Assembly: GCA_002840305.1 (NCBI GenBank)
Contig: PHAI01000003.1
Span: forward strand, 70,908 to 134,907
Reading direction: 5' to 3'
Length of the DNA stretch: 64,000 bases
Origin: Candidatus Falkowbacteria bacterium HGW-Falkowbacteria-1
GTDB taxonomy: Bacteria; Patescibacteriota; Patescibacteriia; Patescibacteriales; UBA12465
Of this stretch, positions 46,935 to 53,455 are shown in pieces; position 1 is the stretch's first letter; the number at the start of each line of letters is the position of its first letter. The notes under the pieces are model-generated. The model was not told the origin of the DNA and made no database searches. It saw only the letters and a list, made by a program, of their open reading frames with translations. The translations under genes and the position numbers were made by a program.

Positions 46935-48126
46935 AATGAAATTTCTTGTAATAATTATAAAGCGATTTTATCCCCAATTCCCTAGTTCTTTCTTCGAGAA
47001 GCCGGCGATTACGAGGAGAATAACGTTGATAAAAAAATTTAGTTAAAATTCGCCAAAAACTTTCTGACAATTTTTTAATTTGTTCTGAATTGTTAACCAA
47101 TGGCTTGTCCTTTATAATTCTTTGAAATTTAAAATTATAATTATTTTTTGGCTCTAACATTATTTTTTTTAATAATTGATCTTTTTTGTTATTTGATGAA
47201 TTTTTATATGTTAAAATTTCTTTCCAGCCTAACTCTGTTTTCTTAACAAATGACTCCTCTAAACTAATCAGTCCATTATTAAAATTATACCCCAAAAAGG
47301 AAAAACTAGCGCGAGCTGGACCAATATACAACTTTTGCTCATTAATTGCTAGTTTTTTTACTAATAACTCAATTTTTAAATTACCCATAATTTCGCCTAA
47401 CTTCTCTTTTTTCTTATCAAAAAAAGCAATGTCATCACCAACGCGAATATAAAAAGGTACTATATTTTGATATTTAAAATCTAAATCACTTAAATATAGA
47501 TTGGCGAACATAGCAATAAGCGGGACTCCCTGAACCAAGCCCTTGCTCGGTGTCTCTATAGCTCCTTGACGATAAACTTTATTAAAAATAAATAAGTTTA
47601 AAACATCCAAAACGTCTTGATCAAAAAAAATACCCTTAAGTTGAGTAAACAATATTGATTTATCAATTAAATCAGAGTAATTCTCTAAATCTAAAATCAG
47701 GGCATAATCACTTAAAAAAGAGCGACGATACCGTCGACCAAAATTTTTAGCAGCTAAATAGGGCGATTTACCTGGACGATAAGAAAAAAGTCGGTCAGAA
47801 AGCCGCTTTTCAATTTCAGGTGAGAGGATTTGAAAAATGGCCTGAGCCTTAATTCTCTCTTTAAGATTATATATAAAAATTTCACGAAATTTTTTTGGAT
47901 TACTTTTTTTAGGTATTTTAATCGACAGAGCAGGACTAATTTCTATTTTCTGGACCAGCTCCTTTTGGGCTATGTTAATCAATTTCTGTGGATCTAAGTC
48001 ATAATCTTTTAACAAAAGATTATCTAGCCCATGGTATTTAAAATTTTTTCGATCGGCTGCAAATTGATCAATGATTTTTAGATAGGCTAATTTAAAATTA
48101 GCGTCACTGATTATTTTCTCAAACAT
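46921..48126 (-). CDS. Stand-alone reverse transcriptase (group-II-intron-like/retron-like RT domain, no maturase or endonuclease domain)
   Basis: 401 aa. RT motifs: (1) IPKKSNPKKFREI; (2a) FSYRPGKS; (3) ILDLENYSDLI; (4) LVQGVPLIAMFANLYL; (5) YIRVGDDIAFF, with the catalytic DD encoded at 47431-47436; (7) FSFLGYNF. Helical C-terminal tail of about 120 aa. Confidence 0.85.
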   Translation of the reverse strand: MFEKIISDANFKLAYLKIIDQFAADRKNFKYHGLDNLLLKDYDLDPQKLINIAQKELVQKIEISPALSIKIPKKSNPKKFREIFIYNLKERIKAQAIFQILSPEIEKRLSDRLFSYRPGKSPYLAAKNFGRRYRRSFLSDYALILDLENYSDLIDKSILFTQLKGIFFDQDVLDVLNLFIFNKVYRQGAIETPSKGLVQGVPLIAMFANLYLSDLDFKYQNIVPFYIRVGDDIAFFDKKKEKLGEIMGNLKIELLVKKLAINEQKLYIGPARASFSFLGYNFNNGLISLEESFVKKTELGWKEILTYKNSSNNKKDQLLKKIMLEPKNNYNFKFQRIIKDKPLVNNSEQIKKLSESFWRILTKFFYQRYSPRNRRLLEERTRELGIKSLYNYYKKFHYERD

Positions 48127-48269
48127 ATTTAAAAAATTATCCCCAAGATATTTAGTAGAGCTCCACTAAATATTGATTAAATCCAACGAGGCACCTGAGT
48201 GCTCTATATTATTTAACTTTGATCACCCGATATTAACGGGAAAAAAGAAAAAAGACAAATAATTGTTAA
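48127..48269 (-). promoter_or_regulatory. Hairpin-rich leader upstream of the RT gene; candidate promoter and/or RT-associated ncRNA
   Basis: Three local hairpins: 48148-48173 (9-bp stem ATATTTAGT/ACTAAATAT), 48188-48204 and 48226-48240. A GGGGA Shine-Dalgarno-like element precedes the ATG. Function not established. Confidence 0.3.
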
Positions 48270-48293
48270 TATCCCAAAAGGGTTTTGAGGATA
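48270..48293 (-). terminator. Possible terminator hairpin after the pilin-like gene
   Basis: Minus strand TATCC-T-CAAAA-CCC-TTTTG-GGATA, a 10-bp stem with one bulge, followed by a T-rich tract. Confidence 0.4.
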
Positions 48294-48309
48294 ATTCATT
48301 TAAAATAAC

Positions 48310-49341
48310 TTAAAAACAAGAAATCATATTAGCGTTGGAAGCTTCAGTGTCATAACGACAATTAGCACTAACGCTATTTAAAAAATGGTCGCTCTGGAGT
48401 TCATTGGTAGCTGATCCTTCTAGACGGTATTTTATGCGAAAATAATCATTGCCGTCATCATCAAAATTATTTACTATAAACATTTTATAAGGATACCAGC
48501 CCGTAGTCCACGTACCAATTGGCAAATAATTATTTAATGGCATATTTCTTAAATAAACCGTACCACTGTCACAAGCGGTCCCGGCCGACACGCTAGAGTC
48601 ATTAATATCTGCCGATAACTTAATGCACCAATTGCTTTGAGTCGGACATGGCGTGCTCGATCCATAAGTGCCTTGAATATATGCATGTTCTCCTTGTCTG
48701 ACTGGTTCGCTGGTTACCGTTGAACAATTGGTAGACCGTGTGTCACTACCAACCAAAGAATTTCCATTATAATAAAAAATATTATACGAAACTCCTGGGT
48801 CAACAAGATAATAACCGTTAGCGTCGTACATTGTTTTCATAGCGGCCTCAATAGCCGAAATATCCGCCAATCTTTGGCTGTTACGTAATTGAAGTGGACT
48901 AGCACATAAATCCTTACTGTTTATTTCTTGACTCAACTCTGCCAAAGGAGAATAAACTGCCGGTCGATTATAGATGGTTTTACAAATCATATAACCAGTA
49001 CCATTCTCTGAATTAACCTTAGGATCTGTTGGTATAGATGACAGATAAATAGTTTCATCGGTTAAGACTGATAAGTCGGCCAGACCGGTACAATCAATAG
49101 CGTCGGTACGACAAATTTCCAGCGGCATTGTATCTATTGCGGCTGGTAACTCTCCATTGTCTATAAGATATTGATAGGCGGCTTTTTGAAGAGTATTAAC
49201 ATCTGCATAACGTCGGGAATTTCTAGTTTGAGCTAGTTGACGAGCAGGATTAATAGCTAAAATTACAATACTGGCCAAAATAACAAGCAGCGCAACGGCC
49301 AACAAGATCTCTATTAACGTGAAAGCCTTTTTATTAAACAT
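48310..49341 (-). CDS. Type IV pilin-like protein with a large Cys-containing C-terminal domain
   Basis: Class III signal and N-terminal helix MFNKKA/FTLIEILLAVALLVILASIVILAI. The start is moved to M15 of the track ORF. Confidence 0.75.
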   Translation of the reverse strand: MFNKKAFTLIEILLAVALLVILASIVILAINPARQLAQTRNSRRYADVNTLQKAAYQYLIDNGELPAAIDTMPLEICRTDAIDCTGLADLSVLTDETIYLSSIPTDPKVNSENGTGYMICKTIYNRPAVYSPLAELSQEINSKDLCASPLQLRNSQRLADISAIEAAMKTMYDANGYYLVDPGVSYNIFYYNGNSLVGSDTRSTNCSTVTSEPVRQGEHAYIQGTYGSSTPCPTQSNWCIKLSADINDSSVSAGTACDSGTVYLRNMPLNNYLPIGTWTTGWYPYKMFIVNNFDDDGNDYFRIKYRLEGSATNELQSDHFLNSVSANCRYDTEASNANMISCF

Positions 49342-49433
49342 ATTTTGGATTTGAAAATTCAAAAAATAAGAATTAAACTCCAATGGCGAAATTTTGTATC
49401 TTTACTGTATCACTTTATCACCCTTTATTCAAA

Positions 49434-50159
49434 TCAAACTCTGAGCAAGCACTCCTTGACGGCCCTAGAACCAATTTTAACCATTTCTTTCATCTCGCTA
49501 TCAGTAAGCGGATCTAAGTTCTTGAAATTATTATTGACCAAGTCAATGTCCGACTTAAATTTTTGCAAATACCAAAGATTGGCCCCCATAATATCTTTTG
49601 ACATTTTCAAAATGTCTTCTTTGTCCAAAAGACCAGGAACAACAGTAGTTCTAAATTCATAGGGCAAGCTTCCTTCTATTAATATTTTAACACTCTTTTT
49701 TATTTTTTCTATGTTAGTCTTAACATTGACCACCTTCTCATAACTATCAAATGGGGCCTTTAAGTCCATAGCTATATAATCCAACAAACCGCTCGTAATC
49801 AAGTCCAAAACTTTATCTGGGTTTGTTCCGTTTGTATCTAATTTTATCTTATATCCAAGATTCTTAACTTTAATAATAAAATCCTTGAGATCACCCTGCA
49901 AAGTCGGTTCTCCCCCAGAAATAACTATACCGTCAAGCTTTCCAATTCTATCCTTTAAAAAAAGAAAAAAGTCCTCCTCCGGGATCAGAGAAGAACTTTC
50001 ATCTTTTATATTCATCAATTCGCTTTCGCCAGAGGCGAAAACTAGCATGGGATTATAACAAAAATGACAACGGAAATTACAAGATTTAGTAAAAATAACA
50101 GCCGATAAATACCCAGGAAAATCAATCAAGCTAAGTTTTTCTATTCCACCAATAGTCAT
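49434..50159 (-). CDS. nrdG: Anaerobic ribonucleoside-triphosphate reductase activating protein (radical SAM)
   Basis: 241 aa. CNFRCHFCYN (CxxxCxxC) and GGEPTLQ motifs. Located downstream of nrdD. Confidence 0.9.
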   Translation of the reverse strand: MTIGGIEKLSLIDFPGYLSAVIFTKSCNFRCHFCYNPMLVFASGESELMNIKDESSSLIPEEDFFLFLKDRIGKLDGIVISGGEPTLQGDLKDFIIKVKNLGYKIKLDTNGTNPDKVLDLITSGLLDYIAMDLKAPFDSYEKVVNVKTNIEKIKKSVKILIEGSLPYEFRTTVVPGLLDKEDILKMSKDIMGANLWYLQKFKSDIDLVNNNFKNLDPLTDSEMKEMVKIGSRAVKECLLRV

Positions 50160-50259
50160 TTTTAAAATACATAATTACTTTGAGTTTTTTTATGGTTATT
50201 CTCAAAAAACAAATGACCAAAAAAATAAAAAACAATAATTATCTCAAATTAATAATAAA

Positions 50260-50445
50260 CTAACGACTACAAGAATCAATTTTTTCCGAACTAAGCTTAT
50301 AAGTTTTTCGATCGCGATATTCAGCAATCTTCCCGTTGTTATAATTTACGGTAGGCGTTAACCAACCAACAACTCGGCTATAGACGATGCATTCCGTTCT
50401 CTTGTTTGTTTCTATTGGACTCATATTCTTTACAATTGGAAACAT
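50260..50445 (-). CDS. nrdD: Detached C-terminal glycyl-radical segment of NrdD (separate 61-aa ORF)
   Basis: ECIVYSRVVGWLTPTVNYNNGKIAEYRDRKTY matches the conserved NrdD C-terminus: the R-V-x-G-[YW] glycyl-radical loop, then N.GK..E...R. The first 17 codons are insert-derived. Confidence 0.7.
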   Translation of the reverse strand: MFPIVKNMSPIETNKRTECIVYSRVVGWLTPTVNYNNGKIAEYRDRKTYKLSSEKIDSCSR

Positions 50446-50524
50446 TTAATGTTAAAAACATTTAAATATAACCTATATAAAATTAATAAATAAACAAATT
50501 TTAATCTAATTTTAATCTAACAAT
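50395..50524 (-). other. 130-nt AT-rich intervening sequence splitting nrdD, flanked by a 7-nt direct repeat GAATGCA
   Basis: GAATGCA (minus sense) occurs at 50531-50525 and at 50394-50388. Both copies read GAA TGC A in the local reading frame. Deleting one copy plus the insert (137 nt) fuses ...QHSEEC to IVYSRVVGW... in frame. Confidence 0.65.
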
Positions 50525-52592
50525 TGCATTCTTCGGAGTGCTGAACGTTTTGTTGATCCTGATTGTAAATAAAAACTCCCTGATTTTTCTCTTCGTCACA
50601 TTTTGGGCAATATTTATGCTCGCCAGATAGATAACCATGAATAGGGCAAACTGAAAATGTTGGAGTAATGGTAAAATATGGTAATTTGTAATTTTCAACT
50701 ATTTTTTTGACCAATCTTTTTGTAAGATTTATATCATTAATTCTTTCTCCTAAAAATCCATGCAAAACTGTTCCACCGGTGTATTTAGTTTGAAGCTCGT
50801 CTTGCAAATCTAAAGCAGTAAAGATGTCGTCAGTAAAACCAACTGGCAAATGGGTAGAGTTTGTATAATATGGATCAGCGCCTTTCTCTACTACGGATTG
50901 ATTATTGGCACATAAAATATCAGGGTACGTTTCTTTGTCCTTTTTGGCGAAACGATAAGTACATCCTTCTGCTGGAGTAGCCTCCAAATTATATAAATTC
51001 CCTGACTCTTCTTGATAGTCAGCTATTGTCTCTCTCATAAAATTCATGATTTCTATAGCGAATTTATGACCCTGTACGCTAGTTATGTCGGATCCGAAAA
51101 GATTCAAAACAGCTTCATTCATGCCATTGATACCAATCGTATTAAAATGGTTTTGCCAATAAGAGCCAAATCTATTATTTATTTCTTCTAAATAATATTT
51201 AGAGTAGGGGTATAGCCCATCATCAGTAAACTTTTCAATAACTTTTCTCTTTATTTCCAAGCTATCTTTGGCCAAGTTCATTAGTTTTAGGAGTCTACCT
51301 TTAAAATCTTTTTCGTCTTTGGCAAGATAGCCTAATCTGGCCAAATTGATAGTTACTACTCCCAAACTACCCGTTAAAGGATTGGCCCCGAACAAACCTC
51401 CGCCCCTCTTTCTGAGCTCGCGATTGTCTAGCCTCAAACGGCAACACATACTTCTGGCATCATCCCTATCCATGTCAGAGTTAACAAAATTAGAAAAATA
51501 AGGTATACCATACTTTGAGGTCATTTCCCACATTGGTTTTAAACATTCTCGATCCCAATCAAAATTTTTATCTATATTATAAGTAGGAATAGGAAAGGCA
51601 AAAACTCTGCCGGAGGCATCTCCTTTGATCATTACTTCGGCAAAAGCCTTGTTGAACAAATCCATCTCTGTTTGAAAATCAGCATATTTTTCTTCCATTA
51701 ATTTTCCACCAATTATAACATTTTCTTCTCCAGCCAATTTAGAAGGAGTCACGTCCATAGTAACGTTTGTAAAAGGTGTTTGAAAGCCAACACGAGTTGG
51801 AACATTAACGTTAAAAACAAATTCTTGTAACGCTTGTTTTATTTCCTTGTAAGACAGGTCGTCATATCTAATAAATGGTGCTAAGTAAGTATCAAAATTA
51901 GCAAAAGCTTGAGCTCCAGCTGCTTCACCTTGCATGGTGTAAAAGAAATTAACAATTTGACCCAAGGCGCTTCTAAAATGTTTTGGGGCTTTACTCTGTA
52001 TTTTAGTGCTAACGCCGCCAAAACCTTTCAACAATAGGTCCTTGAGGTCCCAACCACAACAATAGGGAGCCAATAAGCCAAGATCGTGAATATGAAAATC
52101 AGCATCAACGTGAGCCTTTCTGATTGCCTCTGGATAAAGCTTGTTTAACCAATATTTTGCAGATATAGAAGAGGCTATGTAGTTATTCAAACCCTGCACC
52201 GAAAAACTCATGTTACTATTTTCTTTTAATCTCCAATCAGCTCGTCCTAAATAGTCCTCCATCAATTTTTCTTCGTTGCTATTATTTATTTCTCTAACTT
52301 GTCTCCTCTGATCACGATATAAAATGTAAGCCTTAGCAGTTTTAATTAATTTTTCTTCTATCAAAGTTTCCTCAACCAAATCTTGAACTTCTTCCACTGC
52401 CGGAATCGTATTGTGATGAAATTTTTTGGCTATTTTCTCTATTGCTTTGTCACCAACTTTTCCAGCTAGTTCTAAATTCTCTTCTCCGGCAGCCTCCATG
52501 GCTTTAGAAATAGCTAAAACCACTTTATCTTTTTTAAAATCCACAATCTCACCAGAACGTTTACGAATTTGGCTTATACTTTGATTAGACAT
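50517..52592 (-). CDS. nrdD: Anaerobic ribonucleoside-triphosphate reductase (class III), large fragment lacking the glycyl-radical tail
   Basis: 691 aa. N-terminal ATP-cone (IRKRSGEIVDFKKDKV), the catalytic barrel and a C-terminal zinc site CPIHG....CPKC. It ends 2 codons after the repeat. Confidence 0.9.
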   Translation of the reverse strand: MSNQSISQIRKRSGEIVDFKKDKVVLAISKAMEAAGEENLELAGKVGDKAIEKIAKKFHHNTIPAVEEVQDLVEETLIEEKLIKTAKAYILYRDQRRQVREINNSNEEKLMEDYLGRADWRLKENSNMSFSVQGLNNYIASSISAKYWLNKLYPEAIRKAHVDADFHIHDLGLLAPYCCGWDLKDLLLKGFGGVSTKIQSKAPKHFRSALGQIVNFFYTMQGEAAGAQAFANFDTYLAPFIRYDDLSYKEIKQALQEFVFNVNVPTRVGFQTPFTNVTMDVTPSKLAGEENVIIGGKLMEEKYADFQTEMDLFNKAFAEVMIKGDASGRVFAFPIPTYNIDKNFDWDRECLKPMWEMTSKYGIPYFSNFVNSDMDRDDARSMCCRLRLDNRELRKRGGGLFGANPLTGSLGVVTINLARLGYLAKDEKDFKGRLLKLMNLAKDSLEIKRKVIEKFTDDGLYPYSKYYLEEINNRFGSYWQNHFNTIGINGMNEAVLNLFGSDITSVQGHKFAIEIMNFMRETIADYQEESGNLYNLEATPAEGCTYRFAKKDKETYPDILCANNQSVVEKGADPYYTNSTHLPVGFTDDIFTALDLQDELQTKYTGGTVLHGFLGERINDINLTKRLVKKIVENYKLPYFTITPTFSVCPIHGYLSGEHKYCPKCDEEKNQGVFIYNQDQQNVQHSEECNC

Positions 52593-52726
52593 AAATTTAA
52601 TTTTTTATTAAAACTTTAGATTTTGAGCGAAATCTGAGGAAAAGACGAGAAGCGACATGAAGTGTATTTTAATACACTGAATAAGCCTAGCAGTCTTTGA
52701 CAAAAAAGTTTGCCAAAATATAAAGT

Positions 52727-53191
52727 TTATTTACTTTTTTTATTTTTTAACAACTTATCCAATTCTTCGCTGAATTCCTCTAATCCTTCAAATGATTGAT
52801 AAACCGAGGCATATCTAATATAAGCAACTTTGTCTGTTTTTTTTAAATTTTTCATTACAATTTCTCCGACCTCTATAGAACTTACTTCGTTTCTATTTAA
52901 AATTTGTAAGTCTCTTTCTATACAATAAATTAGTTTCTTAAACTTTTCTTCATCAAACCCTCTTTTTTCGAGAGCTTTTCTGAGGCCAGAAACGATCTTT
53001 TCTCTGTCATAATTCTCTCTACGATCATCTCTTTTTACAATAACAAGATCCAGAATCTCCATTTCCTCATGAGTGGAAAACCTGAACTCACACTTAAGAC
53101 ATTCCCGCCTTCTTCTAATCAAAAAACCGTCTCCCGAGACCCTAGAATCAATAACTTTTGTATCCTCAAAATGGCAAACTGGACATTTCAT
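52727..53191 (-). CDS. nrdR: Transcriptional repressor NrdR
   Basis: 154 aa. Zinc ribbon MKCPVC....V.DSR......RRRR.C..C..RF.T.E followed by an ATP-cone. Confidence 0.95.
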   Translation of the reverse strand: MKCPVCHFEDTKVIDSRVSGDGFLIRRRRECLKCEFRFSTHEEMEILDLVIVKRDDRRENYDREKIVSGLRKALEKRGFDEEKFKKLIYCIERDLQILNRNEVSSIEVGEIVMKNLKKTDKVAYIRYASVYQSFEGLEEFSEELDKLLKNKKSK

Positions 53192-53204
53192 GATTTTCTT
53201 ATAA

Positions 53205-53220
53205 ACACTAGATATAGTAT
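53205..53220. promoter_or_regulatory. Candidate NrdR box 1
   Basis: ACACTAGATATAGTAT matches the consensus acaCwAtATaTwGtgt at 14 of 16 positions. It lies 14 nt upstream of the nrdR ATG. Confidence 0.55.
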
Positions 53221-53237
53221 ATTAAAATATATTATCA

Positions 53238-53253
53238 CCACTATATCTTGTTG
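53238..53253. promoter_or_regulatory. Candidate NrdR box 2
   Basis: CCACTATATCTTGTTG matches at about 12 of 16 positions. It starts 33 bp from box 1, near the usual tandem spacing of about three helical turns. Confidence 0.4.
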
Positions 53254-53455
53254 ATTTTGATTATAGCAAAAAAAGAATGATACGGCAAACAAAGCAAAAA
53301 TTAGCTAAAATTAAACAAATTGTTGTTAGCAAAACAGAAGTTTTTAAAGAATCTATGGATAAGCTGTGGATAACTCAAAAGCAAAGCCAAAAAAACACTG
53401 CTATGTAAATTCTTAATAAAAAAACAAACGCCTTAAACCAGTTAGACGAGGAACA

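Noticed and set aside
46921-48309. Group II intron-encoded RT
   Set aside because: Only 183 nt lie upstream and the next gene overlaps the RT stop, so there is no space for intron domains I-III or V-VI. No GUGYG 5' end or domain V-like sequence is visible. The protein lacks maturase X and endonuclease domains.
48127-48309. Retron-style a1/a2 inverted repeats (ATTTTAAATGAATTATCC near 48292-48309 versus GGATAATTTTTTAAAT just before the RT ATG)
   Set aside because: Only 8 bp (AATTATCC/GGATAATT) pair perfectly and the rest is AT-rich and imperfect. The 5' partner is better explained by the local terminator hairpin, and the 3' partner by the ribosome-binding site. This is not sufficient to call an msr/msd.
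46921-49383. Diversity-generating retroelement (an RT next to a pilin/lectin-like candidate target gene)
   Set aside because: I compared the 183-nt spacer and the RT flanks with the 3' end of the upstream pilin-like gene and saw no template/variable repeat pair. RT motif 4 is QGVPLIAMFANLYL rather than the DGR-type SQ-containing motif. No avd-like gene is present. A proper repeat search could still overturn this.
52661-52678. Palindrome AGTGTATTTTAATACACT upstream of nrdD as an NrdR box
   Set aside because: The half-sites are in GTGT...ACAC order rather than ACAC...GTGT. It more likely forms a hairpin in the nrdR-nrdD spacer.
53365-53373. Perfect DnaA box TGTGGATAA (and another, TTATCCACA, at 36453-36461) as a sign of a replication origin
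   Set aside because: These are isolated single boxes, one of them inside ftsX coding sequence. There is no cluster, no adjacent dnaA or dnaN, and no AT-rich unwinding element arrangement. They are consistent with chance in an AT-rich genome.
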